A stretch of DNA of 64,000 bases. Origin: an uncultured Nitrososphaerota archaeon (lineage in GTDB: Archaea > Thermoproteota > Nitrososphaeria > Nitrososphaerales > Gagatemarchaeaceae). The stretch is taken from the NCBI GenBank assembly GCA_963718895.1, contig CAVRAG010000007.1:64001-128000 (forward strand), in the 5' to 3' direction. Of this stretch, positions 49,571 through 59,358 are shown one piece after another. The notes under the pieces were generated by a model. The model saw only the letters and a list, made by a program, of their open reading frames with translations, had not been told where the DNA came from and searched no databases. Position numbers and translations under genes: made by a program. Positions within the stretch are counted from its first letter, which is position 1, and each line of letters starts with the position of its first letter.

Positions 49571-50399
49571 ACCCTCTGGCCCCCTCGCCGTCGGACCCGG
49601 CGAGATGAAGAGGTCTTCCGACCCGGCTCCGCTTGCTGGACCGGACAAAGAGGAGGTACTTCCTGTGCCTGTACGCACGTTCCGATGTCAAGGCCTTCCT
49701 CACGGCCTCGGTCGGTCTCGCCCGCGAGAGGTACTCTACCACGACGTCGCAGTCGCGTATCTCGCCGAGGGCGTCCTGCCAGACCCTCAGGTCGCTGACA
49801 AGCCTCGACTGGTTCCTCACCGAGGGGAAGAGTTCTAGGGTGTATCTCAGCCGCTTGCAGTGCTTGCGGAGCGAGTGCAGCTCGTCGACCTTGGCTTCGT
49901 CCTTGAGCGCGACGCGCGACTCGAGCGCTATCTCGGCTTTCAGTTCGTCGAGGGCGCCCTCGGCCCGCCGGGCGAACCTCGGCAGGTCCCGCCTCGCGAG
50001 CTTTGGAGGGTGGTGTTCGAAGAGTTTCCATGCGGCCTTTCTCGTCCGGTCTACGAACTCCTCCCTCTCCTCCCCGAGGTTCTTCAGCATGAAGGCCACG
50101 GTCGAGTCCTCCTTGTGCCTCGCGATCCTCTCGCTGAGAAGGTCGACGTCCCTGATCCGGGATGTCTCCCTGAGGACTTCCCGGCACCTCTCGTGGCACC
50201 GGCGCATCGCCTTCTCCTTCTGCGCGCCCTTGGGGAGGACCCTTATCGCGGCGTCGAGCCTCCTCACGGCCGCGCGCAGGCTCTTGGTCTGGGTCCTCCC
50301 GGGGTCGCCGAGGTACTCCCGGAGCGCCTTGTTCAGCCTGTCCTTGAGCCTCTCGTAGTGGTCGAGGAACTGGATTACGGTCGCGCTAGTCTCCGTCAT
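49527..50399 (-). CDS. CHAD-domain (polyphosphate-binding) protein
   Basis: LR.AVRR, IRDVD, LHSLRKHCKRLRY.LE, QD.LGEIRD. Confidence 0.9.
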   Translation of the reverse strand: MTETSATVIQFLDHYERLKDRLNKALREYLGDPGRTQTKSLRAAVRRLDAAIRVLPKGAQKEKAMRRCHERCREVLRETSRIRDVDLLSERIARHKEDSTVAFMLKNLGEEREEFVDRTRKAAWKLFEHHPPKLARRDLPRFARRAEGALDELKAEIALESRVALKDEAKVDELHSLRKHCKRLRYTLELFPSVRNQSRLVSDLRVWQDALGEIRDCDVVVEYLSRARPTEAVRKALTSERAYRHRKYLLFVRSSKRSRVGRPLHLAGSDGEGARGSRSLSRASSRDILA

Positions 50400-51108
50400 G
50401 GAGATATCTGTCTATCCTGCCCTGGAGGTCTGCGTTGACTTCGAAGATCGTGCGGTTCGCGTCTATCGGGACGAGCCCGTGAGTCCTCTCCATCCGCTTG
50501 AACTCCTTGGCCATCATCTTCTGATAGATGACGAACGAGTCGAAGAGGTCGTCCGAGAGCCCCAGGTCGGCCCCTGACTCATAGTAGTCGAGCCCGGAGT
50601 ACTTCTGAAAGACTCGGTGGAAGAGCTCGCCCGGGTCCACGTCCAGGTAGAAGACGAGGTCGGGCTTCATGGTGAACCCGAAGAGGTCGTGGGACCACTT
50701 CCTGCTCGTGCCCCTCACGATGCTCCTCGCTATCAGCGTGTAGATGTAGCGATCCGCGAGCACGATGTAGCCGGCTTCTAGCGCGGGGATTATCTTGTGC
50801 TCGAGCTGGTCCGCAAAGTCTGCGGCGTAGAAGAGGGTGAGGGTCTTCTTGCCCAGGGGCAGCTTCTGCTTCGCCTCGAGGATCCCCTTCCCGATCAGCT
50901 CCGACCTCTTGAGCCCGGTCGTCGCGACGGCGTGACCCTCGGACTCGAGCTTTGCGGTGATGAGCTCGACCTGCGTGCTCCTTCCAGATCCGTCGGGTCC
51001 CTCTAGGACGATCAACCTGCCCTTGATCTCCCTTCCCTTGAGGTAGGGGATCCCGTCCCCGTAGAAGGTGAGCGGCCTCGGTCCCAGGGCCTTCCCCGAC
51101 CTGATCAC
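50386..51108 (-). CDS. Thymidylate-kinase-like protein B (Walker A Lys replaced by Arg)
   Basis: LEGPDGSGRST, ADRY, PDLVFYLDV. Confidence 0.88.
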   Translation of the reverse strand: MIRSGKALGPRPLTFYGDGIPYLKGREIKGRLIVLEGPDGSGRSTQVELITAKLESEGHAVATTGLKRSELIGKGILEAKQKLPLGKKTLTLFYAADFADQLEHKIIPALEAGYIVLADRYIYTLIARSIVRGTSRKWSHDLFGFTMKPDLVFYLDVDPGELFHRVFQKYSGLDYYESGADLGLSDDLFDSFVIYQKMMAKEFKRMERTHGLVPIDANRTIFEVNADLQGRIDRYLHDGD

Positions 51109-51806
51109 TGGGAATCCAGCTCCCTAAGTGCGATGGCGGCCGCGGCGGCTGGTAGGAGCTCCACGACCTGTCTCCGCATCTGCGCCTGCTGAACCTCGAT
51201 GTCGAGTGACCCGTCCATCACCCTGAATCCCTCGGTCGCAGCCATGGCCTTGTACTCCTCGATTATCCGGGACTGGAATATCCTGTAACTCTCGTACTCG
51301 TCGTTGGCGAGGTTGAGGTCCATCCCGGCCTCGTAGTACTTCAGCTTGGGCCGGCCGGTCAGTATCCGCTGCACCGCCACTTCGACGGGGACGTGGTAGT
51401 AGAAGGCGGCGTCGGGCTTCGCCGCGAAGCTGTAGACCCTCCGGACCCACCGTGGGTTGCAGCCCCTGACGGCGTCCCTGGCGAAGGCCGTGTAGACGTA
51501 GCGGTCCGCCAGGACGAAGTACCCGGCGCGGAGAAGCGGGGCGACGTTCCTCTCGTACCTGTCGGCGAAGTCGGTCGCGTGCAGGAGGCTGAAGGTCGTT
51601 GGCGTGAGGAGCGCCTTCTTCTTCCCCTTGGAGGTGATCTCCTTGACGACCTCCGAGGAGTTCCATTCGGTGTTGAAGACCAGCAGCCCCAGATGCCGGA
51701 GCCACTTGTCGAGCAGATGCAGCTGCGTGGACTTGCCCGAGCCGTCGATCCCCTCGACGACGATGAGCCTGCCACGGGGCCGCTCCCTTGGCGCACCCTC
51801 CTTCAC
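51105..51806 (-). CDS. Thymidylate-kinase-like protein A (candidate polyphosphate kinase catalytic subunit)
   Basis: VEGIDGSGKST, EWNSS, ADRYVYTAFARD..RG, YYEAGMD. Confidence 0.88.
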   Translation of the reverse strand: MKEGAPRERPRGRLIVVEGIDGSGKSTQLHLLDKWLRHLGLLVFNTEWNSSEVVKEITSKGKKKALLTPTTFSLLHATDFADRYERNVAPLLRAGYFVLADRYVYTAFARDAVRGCNPRWVRRVYSFAAKPDAAFYYHVPVEVAVQRILTGRPKLKYYEAGMDLNLANDEYESYRIFQSRIIEEYKAMAATEGFRVMDGSLDIEVQQAQMRRQVVELLPAAAAAIALRELDSQ

Positions 51807-51819
51807 GCTCGTCCCCGGC

Positions 51820-53328
51820 CTACCTCCGGACTACCGGGACGGCCTGCTCCCGCTCCTGGTATCGGTGTATCAAGGTCTTGACCCTCCTGCCGGTTGTGTC
51901 CTCGAGCTCCCGCTCGGCCTGTTCGAGCAGCAGCCCCGGGAAGTCCTTCCTGTGGGTGACGATCTCGATCCTCAACGCTCCGTCCCTGACCCTGATCTGT
52001 GCGGTCGACTTCGTCAGCCGGATGACCTCGGCGAGCTGGATGAAGGCCGCCAGCTTGTCGATGGACTCCCTGGTCTTGTCCCTGAGGAAGGACCTGTAGC
52101 GGTCGTAGAACAGGTTCGCGGTCTTTGGGGCCTTGGCCCTCACGAACGAGAGGGCGAGGGCGATCTGGTCCCTGTTGTCCAGGAAGCTGTCCTCGCTCAG
52201 GATGGCGTAGAAGAGGCTCTCCGCCCTCGTCGCGAGGTAGAGGTCGAGGAACGACCCCATCGCTTCGTCGAGCATCGCCCTCTCCCGCGGGGTGACGATG
52301 CCGGCGGAGGCGAGCCCTCGGCTGAAGGCCCCGGTCCCTGACTGCTCGGATTGCCAGACCGCCAGGGAGTCGTTGGCCCTCGCCTCGTCGAACTCTTCCC
52401 CGGAGTATGCGGCAGGATCCCGAAGGTACTCGGAGAGGACGCCGTCCCTGAGGCCGTGGGTGCTCACTATCACCTCGTCGAACTTCAGCCTGCTCATCAT
52501 CGTCGAGACGACCTGCGAGCCCGCGGTGATGCTCTCCGCACGGTCTCTCCCCAGGGCGTCGATCTCCGCTATCTTCTCGGGGTCCATCTTCCGCAGCCTC
52601 TTGTTCATGACCGCGATCGACTTCCGCCTGATCCGGTAGTTGTGAAGCTTGTTGAGGGGGTACTCTCTCATCCACTGGTCGTACTTGGCCAGCGCCCTTA
52701 TGGTGCCACCCACGCCGAGGAGGACCGTCTCCGCCGTTAGCCCCAACTCCTCCCGCGTCGGGAGCAACTCCGAGATCCTCCTCCTCATCGCATCGTAGTC
52801 CTTCTTGGAGTACCTGCGGCCCTCGCGGCCGTAGAGTTCGCTGAGCCGGAGTGCCCCGACCGGCAGCGAGTGTATCTTTCTTACGCGGAACCCCCTCGCA
52901 TACGTGAGCTCGAGGGACCCGCCGCCGAGGTCAAAGAAGAGGACGTCGGGCAGGCGCGTGGCGCGGGCGGCGCCGACGTACGAGAAGAGCGCCTCTTCGC
53001 TTCCGGAGAGAATCTTGAACCTGAGACCCAGTAGCGACTCGGCCTCCCTCTGGAACGTATCGCCGTTCGCGGCGTCCCTCACGGGCGAGGTCGCGACCGC
53101 CAGCACCCGCTCGACACCGGAGAGGCTGTTCACTTCTTTCAGGAGCGCAAGCTCCCTGAGGGTCCTCCCGATCGCCTCCTGCCCGAGGAAGCCCGTCTGG
53201 TTCAACCCTTCGCCGAGCCGGGTGAGGCTCCCGCGCTGGTCGTAGGCGTGGAACGAGCCGTCGAGCCGGACGTCGTAACTGACCATCTTCAGCGAGTTGT
53301 ACCCCAGGTCAATAACGGAGGCTCGCAT
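51820..53328 (-). CDS. ppx: Ppx/GppA exopolyphosphatase
   Basis: IDLGYNS, ATSPVRDAAN, EEA, DLGGGSLE, GGT.RAL, GLRDG. Confidence 0.93.
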   Translation of the reverse strand: MRASVIDLGYNSLKMVSYDVRLDGSFHAYDQRGSLTRLGEGLNQTGFLGQEAIGRTLRELALLKEVNSLSGVERVLAVATSPVRDAANGDTFQREAESLLGLRFKILSGSEEALFSYVGAARATRLPDVLFFDLGGGSLELTYARGFRVRKIHSLPVGALRLSELYGREGRRYSKKDYDAMRRRISELLPTREELGLTAETVLLGVGGTIRALAKYDQWMREYPLNKLHNYRIRRKSIAVMNKRLRKMDPEKIAEIDALGRDRAESITAGSQVVSTMMSRLKFDEVIVSTHGLRDGVLSEYLRDPAAYSGEEFDEARANDSLAVWQSEQSGTGAFSRGLASAGIVTPRERAMLDEAMGSFLDLYLATRAESLFYAILSEDSFLDNRDQIALALSFVRAKAPKTANLFYDRYRSFLRDKTRESIDKLAAFIQLAEVIRLTKSTAQIRVRDGALRIEIVTHRKDFPGLLLEQAERELEDTTGRRVKTLIHRYQEREQAVPVVRR

Positions 53329-53355
53329 GGTCGCTAGCTCTCTCTCCGCACTATA

Positions 53356-53862
53356 TCAGTTGCTTCGCGCCAGTTTCCTCATCTGCCTCGGAGTCATCAG
53401 CCACCTGAGCTCCCCGGAGGGCTTCGGCGTGAACGAGGTCACCACCACCCTGGCGGCACCCGCCTTCTTCAGGACTATCCTTACACCTCTGCTCCCGGCT
53501 ACGAGCTCCCCGATCATCTCGCTCAGGTAGGGCTCGTGACCGACCAGCATGACGGTCGAGTCGCGCTTCAGCCCGGAGAGCCTCCTGTACAGCGCTTGGG
53601 TCTCGCCCTCCGGCTTCAGCTCGTCCCAGACCTCGACAGCGTCCTCCTTCTCTAGGACCTTCGATGCGATCACCGCCGTCTCCTTGGCGCGTCTTCAGCG
53701 GACTCGCCACGACGTGGTCGACGTCCACCCCGAGCCGGCCTGAGACGCCGCGACCTCCTCGACCTCCTTCTTGCCTGATACCGTAAGAGCTCGCTCGAAA
53801 TCCCTGCCTGCGGCCTCAATCCGCTTGCCGGCCTCACCGTGTCTTAGGACTATGAGGTCCAC
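53356..53862 (-). CDS. sixA: Phosphohistidine phosphatase SixA; two indels near 53735 and 53690
   Basis: MDLIVLRHGEA..R.LT..G, SPL.., LVGHEP, LKKAG. Confidence 0.88.
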
Positions 53863-53951
53863 TTGGAATCGCCATCGTATTCTGCGTCCACGGAGCCTAG
53901 TCGCCGCTAGGAGAACGTTTCACATATAGAGAATATGGATGATATGGCGGA

Positions 53952-54477
53952 CTACTCCTCGTGCATGCAGTTGGGGCACTCCCACCTGAGGATCGACTCC
54001 CCCGCTGCCGACGACCTTCTTCATCACCCCCGAGTTGCAGGCGGGGCAGAGCAGCTCGTCCTCGGTCCCGCCCTGGTTCTGACGGTGCAACGAGTCCACG
54101 ATTCCCTGCTTGGAGCTCGCTCTCGCTATGTCTGTGATGGTCACCCACCCCACCAGCCTGTCGTGGTCGATGACGCCGAGGCGTGTGACTCCGTTCTCGG
54201 TTATCTTCTTGGCGGCCTCCTTGACCGAGGCGTCGGCGCCGATCTTGAGGAGGGGCGCCATCACCTGCTTGACCTTCACCTCTTCCGGGCGCTTGTTGAG
54301 TTTCATGAACCTGCGGAGTAGGGCCCTGTCGGTGAGCATCCCTATCGGCTTACCTTCCTGGAGGACTATCGTCCCGTTCGCTTTCCTCTCGTTCATCACC
54401 CTCGCGGCCTCGAGGACGCTCGCGCTCGCGTCGACCTGGGGCACGTCCTTCGTCATGACTTCCCGGACCTTTGGCAT
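53952..54477 (-). CDS. CBS-pair protein with C-terminal Zn ribbon; indel near the G/C run at about 54000
   Basis: Two CBS repeats, then CPAC...; the shifted frame gives ILRWECPNCMHEE*. Confidence 0.85.
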
Positions 54478-54736
54478 CTTGTTCGACCGCAATTCGGCGT
54501 CTAGGTAATTCAACCTTTCGTGGGTTCTTGCTCACTCTGACGCGGGGAGATGGGGAGGACCCGCTTCCGCGGCGAGTGCCCGAACCGGACTCGCCGGGCG
54601 CACACAAAATCAAGACCCTTCTCTCGCCTGATCGCACGAGCGACCTCTTCGCGATCCGTCGAAGGGACGGCGCCGACAAACCGGTTCTGTTAATTCATCG
54701 GCTCGTGGGCGGGATTTGTCGGAGTGTTAAGTGTCT

Positions 54737-55165
54737 TCATGCCTTTTTCTCCCCTCTAAACTTCCACGGAACGCCATACTTATCGATGAATTGCCCATAG
54801 GTTCCAAATGGCATGTCACGTAGTTCCACGAAAAGTCCCTTATCCCTATCTGCTCTCTTTACAAGTCTATGAAAAACTACTCTTATCTCGTCATATGTTC
54901 CAGCTATGACAAATATGCCAACAGCGGTACCCTGTTTCGGCTCCCATGTTGGGGATGCCATCCAGTCTGAAGCGGTGATTTCTATGGCGCCGCTCTTCAG
55001 GTGAGCGTTAATGATTCTGTCATGTTTCTCCTTTGGATACTGGTCTTTCATAGGAGTATCACCAAGCTTCGTAAGAGTTAGTTCGCCTCCAAGACATTCT
55101 TGGTAAAAGGTCATTGCTTCAGAACAGTTGCCGTCAAACAAGAGAAATGGCGTAAGATACAACAC
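54737..55165 (-). CDS. PhnB-like VOC protein (low GC)
   Basis: LTPFLLFDGNC.EAM.FY, ASD, YG.F.DKYGV.W. Confidence 0.88.
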   Translation of the reverse strand: MLYLTPFLLFDGNCSEAMTFYQECLGGELTLTKLGDTPMKDQYPKEKHDRIINAHLKSGAIEITASDWMASPTWEPKQGTAVGIFVIAGTYDEIRVVFHRLVKRADRDKGLFVELRDMPFGTYGQFIDKYGVPWKFRGEKKA

Positions 55166-55447
55166 AGTCTTGGAGACTCCAAGACGACACTTAGGCTTTG
55201 TGGGCGCATCCTCAGCAAGACACCCCGCATCGTCAGCCATGTCAGCCCAGTTGACAGCGCCCTCTCAGTCAGGCTATAGGTTACCAGAACCCTTTCTACG
55301 AAAACTCATCATGCGCCGCGAGTTAACAGAGAGACGACGCAGTAAGATGCGCCGATGAATTGACAGAACCGACAAACCCAAGGTTTATTTACGGGATTCG
55401 GGTAGAGAGTTTCACCGACGGAAACTTAGGTAGGAAGTGAAAAACGG

Positions 55448-55798
55448 ATGAGTTTCGGACAACGTGGCGGGTATAACCGCGGTGGATTCGGCGGAGGTTC
55501 GGGTGGATCCTCGGCAGGAGGTTTCAGATCCTTCAAGCCCAAGCCAGTAGAGGTCGGAAAGGAGTACGACGTTACCATCTCCGACGTCAGCAGGCGCGGC
55601 GACGGCATCGCGAAGATCGACGGTTTCGTCATCTTCGTGGCCGGAGCGAAGCAGGGCCAGACGGTGAGGATCAAGGTCACCCAAGTCTCGAACAGGTACG
55701 CGAGCGGACAGCTCGTGGAGGGTTCGATGGCGGCCGCAGCCCCAGAGGAGGCGTCCTCTGAGGCAGAAGAGTCTACTGAAGAGCCAACAGAGCAGTAG
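55448..55798 (+). CDS. Single-TRAM RNA chaperone with Gly/RGG-rich N-terminus and acidic tail
   Basis: PV.VGKEYDV.I...GDGIAKIDGFVIFV. Confidence 0.92.
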   Translation: MSFGQRGGYNRGGFGGGSGGSSAGGFRSFKPKPVEVGKEYDVTISDVSRRGDGIAKIDGFVIFVAGAKQGQTVRIKVTQVSNRYASGQLVEGSMAAAAPEEASSEAEESTEEPTEQ

Positions 55799-55891
55799 GC
55801 GAAGGTCTACTCCTCTGCGAGAGTGTGGTTGTCCCGCCAAAGGGCAACCTCTCCCCTTTTTGAATCACGGTTTTCAAGGGATGATTTCGCG

Positions 55892-56336
55892 ATGATAGAG
55901 ATATTCACTGACGGGCTGGCCGAACCTAGGAACCCGGGAATCGGGACCTACGGGTTCGTGGTCTACCGAGACGGCCGGGAGCTCAAGAGAGGCCACGGCT
56001 TCGACGGAGATCCCGTGAGCAACAACCACTCGGAGTACGCCGGACTGATCGAGGCACTGAAGTCGATCGAGGGTTACTGCCGATGAGCACGTAGTGGTGA
56101 AGTCCGATTCCAAGATGCTGGTCAACCAGATGGCGGGCGCGTGGAAGGTCAGCAAGAAGGCCCTCAACAGCACCGCCGAGGGGACCTACGTCGACAAGTA
56201 CCTCGAGGCGAAGGAGATGGCGAGGAAGTTCCCCAGGCTGTCATTCGAATGGATACCCAGGGAGCTGAACTCCGAGGCGGACGAGCTCTCGCGGGTCGCA
56301 TACCGTGAGCAGCTGGGCAAGAGGCGCGGCAGATGA
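55892..56336 (+). CDS. rnhA: Ribonuclease HI; extra base near 56078
   Basis: IFTDG..NPG, NN.SEY.GL, SDS.MLVNQM.G.W, WIPRE.NSEADELS. Confidence 0.9.
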
Positions 56337-57253
56337 AGCCGGTTGGAGAGCTCGTCTGCAGGGACCTGACGAAGTCCTACGGCGCGCAGAAGCTCGCGCT
56401 CGACTCCGCGTCCTTCACCATCCCGACGAACGGAATCTTCACGCTGATCGGGAGGAACGGGGCGGGCAAATCGACCCTCACACGCATCCTCGCCACACTT
56501 CTCGAGCCTACCTCGGGGAGCGCCGAGATAGACGGGCTCGACGTGATGGCAGACGCGCGGAGGCTCAGGGAGAGGATAGCGGTCGTCCCGCAGGAGGGGC
56601 GGGCGGTGGCTTGGGTGACGCCCGTGCAGACGATCTCGACCTACCTGATGTGGAGAGGCTACGGCTACGGGGAGTCCAGGAAGAGGGCCGTCGAGGCGCT
56701 GTCGCGCGTCGGGTTGGGGGACTACGGAGACAGACTGAACCGCACGCTCTCGGGCGGGATGAAGAGGAAGGTCCTTCTCTCGATGGTGCTCGCATCCGAG
56801 GCTGACGTCGTATTCTTGGACGAGCCGTCGACGGGCCTGGACCCTATCTCGCGGCGCGAGCTGTGGGACGTGCTCATCGGTCTGGGGAAGGAGAGGTTCG
56901 TCTTCCTCACCACCCACTACCTCGAGGAGGCCGAGCAGGTCTCTGACAGGATAGGGATCCTCGAGGACGGAAGGCTCCTCGCGATTGGAACGCTAGAGGA
57001 GCTCAGGAAGGAGATGAAGTATGCGTTCAGCCTGGTGTTCCCCGGAGACGAGTCGGTCTCCCCGCCGCCTACGGGAGAGAGGTTCGTCAGGAGAGACGGG
57101 AAGATCCAGATCTTCACCACGGAGGACGAAGCGCTGGCGATGGCGAAGGACCTCGCGGAGGCTAGGGCGCGGTTCTCGCTGAACCCGGTGACCCTCGACG
57201 ACGTCTTCAACTTCGTGGTCCTGCGCGAGAAGGAAAGACGCGGGGCGAGGTAG
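56333..57253 (+). CDS. ABC-2 exporter ATP-binding protein
   Basis: GRNGAGKST, LSGG, LDEP, TTHYLEEAE. Confidence 0.93.
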   Translation: MKPVGELVCRDLTKSYGAQKLALDSASFTIPTNGIFTLIGRNGAGKSTLTRILATLLEPTSGSAEIDGLDVMADARRLRERIAVVPQEGRAVAWVTPVQTISTYLMWRGYGYGESRKRAVEALSRVGLGDYGDRLNRTLSGGMKRKVLLSMVLASEADVVFLDEPSTGLDPISRRELWDVLIGLGKERFVFLTTHYLEEAEQVSDRIGILEDGRLLAIGTLEELRKEMKYAFSLVFPGDESVSPPPTGERFVRRDGKIQIFTTEDEALAMAKDLAEARARFSLNPVTLDDVFNFVVLREKERRGAR

Positions 57254-57994
57254 ATGGACAAGACCCTCAACCAGTTCATCGCCTCGATCCTGATCAACGC
57301 CATCTATGAAATGAAGAACTACCCGGTCATCCTCGTAAACACCGTCCTCTCGCCGCTGTCGTTCCTGATCCTGATAACGTTCGCAAGCGGCGGGACGCTC
57401 TTTTCTGACGCGATAATCGGCGGCTTGATCATGACGATGTTCTCGAGCGGGACCTCGCTCCAAGGAGATCTTTCGCACCTGAAGAACGACTACAGGCTCC
57501 AGGACATGATCGTCGCCTCGCCAGCCCGGGCGGGCGCGTACGTCGCGGGGATGACCGTGTCAGAGCTCATCTACTCCTCACCGGCGATCGCGATACTTTC
57601 TGTCCTCTTCTACTTCTACGTCCACGTCACACCACTGCAGCTGGGCTCGATCATCGCAGTCATGCTTCTCATGTTCCTGACGTCGGTCTCGATCGGGTTC
57701 CTCCTGGCGACCATCTCGTCCGACATAGTGCAGAGCTTCGCCTACACGCGCCTGCTCTCAACGCTCTTCACGACCATCCCTCCTGTCTACTACCCGATAA
57801 CATTCATCCCCTTTCCGTGGAGGTATCTTGCCTACTTCTCGCCCACGACCTACGCGTCAGAGATAGCGCAGAACGCGGCCGGCCTCGTCAAACAGACAGC
57901 GTTTGGCATCGACGAGGCCTGGCTGGTCCTCCTCGCGGTCACGGCGACCTTCTTCTTCGTCTCGCTGACGAAGGCCAGGTGGAGGGAGAAGTGA
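57254..57994 (+). CDS. ABC-2 exporter permease
   Basis: About 6 TMs, PPVYYP, PTTY; directly follows the ATPase. Confidence 0.9.
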   Translation: MDKTLNQFIASILINAIYEMKNYPVILVNTVLSPLSFLILITFASGGTLFSDAIIGGLIMTMFSSGTSLQGDLSHLKNDYRLQDMIVASPARAGAYVAGMTVSELIYSSPAIAILSVLFYFYVHVTPLQLGSIIAVMLLMFLTSVSIGFLLATISSDIVQSFAYTRLLSTLFTTIPPVYYPITFIPFPWRYLAYFSPTTYASEIAQNAAGLVKQTAFGIDEAWLVLLAVTATFFFVSLTKARWREK

Positions 57995-58009
57995 CCGGGG
58001 TGCGCGGCC

Positions 58010-59323
58010 CTAGATCAGCCACTCTTCTCGCTCGACGTCCCGCGACCTGAACCCGAGTTTCGCCGCCCTGAACCGGGACCCACCATAAAGCTCGGCCTCG
58101 GCAGACTCCCCACCCCTGTAGACCGCGTCCACGATCCTCCCGAGCGAGTCGCCCTTCATTACCCCGCTGCCGCTGTCGCCGCCTACGACGACCAGGCCGC
58201 CCTCGGCGAAGACGTAGGGGAGGTTGTCGATGGTGTTGTACCCGTAGAGCCCAGCCCACATCCTGCTCGGTCTCGCGCCCTCGAACTGCGGGAGGTATTC
58301 CCGCAGGATGGGGTAGACGTTGTGCTCGTAGTACGAGCGCTCGGGGGAGTATCGGTCGAGGTCATGCTCTGGAGCGGTGATGAACTCTCTGTTCACCTCG
58401 TCCTCGCACCCCACCCAGAACTCCCTTCCCTCCTTGACGGCCTTGACCATGAGCCCGGCCTTAGGCAGGATGACGAACGGCAGGACGCCCGAGCTGTTGA
58501 ACCCCTTGGACCAGAGCAGAGACTCCAGGTTCGGCTTGCCCTCGATGGAGACCGTGAAGAGCTGGCGCTTCTTCGCCTTGCAGTGGCCGTCTATCCCGAC
58601 CGGGTCGAGGAGCTCGTTGTTCCAGACGCCGGCGGCGACGACCACGGTCTCAGCGGATATCTCGGTGCCATCTCCGAGGGTCGCCCCGGTCGCGGTCCAG
58701 TCCTGCCAGACGAAGGGCTCCCCCTCGATCCCCGTCGGCTCCTTCGCCGAAATCCGCAGCCGTCTCGCCTCTGCGTTGAACATCACCTCGCCTCCCAGCG
58801 CCCTGAACTGGTCGCGGTAGTAGCCCGCCAGGCTGTCGGGCGCGAGGCGTCCGCACTTCGGGCCGAAGACGCCGCTCGCGACCCCGCCCAGCGACATCAG
58901 CTTCGCGTCGTCAGAGTCGGGCCCCGGCACGAACCCAGGGATCATCCTCTCCAGCTCGCCCCTGTCGAAGAGCCTCAGCTCCACTTTGTTATCGGCCATC
59001 TTCCCGAGGTGGGGCTGGGCAGCGGAGAGCTGGTCCTCCGTCATCATCCAGAGGTAGCCCACCTGGTCGACCCCGATGTCGATGCCGAGGTCGTTCTGGA
59101 CGTGGACATAGTAGTCGATCGAGGGGTTTACGAGGTCTTGGTTGTCGACCGAGCTGAAGGTGTTCCTGAACATCGCGTTGGACCTCCCCGTGTTCGCCTG
59201 ACCGGCGTCGCCGTATCGGTCTATCAGGAGCACCCTCTTCTCCGGGCTGTTCTTTTTGATGTAATAGGCCGAGGAGACCCCCAGGATGCCAGCCCCAATC
59301 ACGAGGACGTCGAACTTCGACAC
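58010..59323 (-). CDS. FAD-dependent oxidoreductase (DAO/sarcosine oxidase beta-like)
   Basis: IGAGILG, WAGLY..T.D..P, SGSGVMK. Confidence 0.9.
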   Translation of the reverse strand: MSKFDVLVIGAGILGVSSAYYIKKNSPEKRVLLIDRYGDAGQANTGRSNAMFRNTFSSVDNQDLVNPSIDYYVHVQNDLGIDIGVDQVGYLWMMTEDQLSAAQPHLGKMADNKVELRLFDRGELERMIPGFVPGPDSDDAKLMSLGGVASGVFGPKCGRLAPDSLAGYYRDQFRALGGEVMFNAEARRLRISAKEPTGIEGEPFVWQDWTATGATLGDGTEISAETVVVAAGVWNNELLDPVGIDGHCKAKKRQLFTVSIEGKPNLESLLWSKGFNSSGVLPFVILPKAGLMVKAVKEGREFWVGCEDEVNREFITAPEHDLDRYSPERSYYEHNVYPILREYLPQFEGARPSRMWAGLYGYNTIDNLPYVFAEGGLVVVGGDSGSGVMKGDSLGRIVDAVYRGGESAEAELYGGSRFRAAKLGFRSRDVEREEWLI

Positions 59324-59358
59324 GATTAGCTTCTGCCGCGCCTCGCGGAGAGGCCTAC

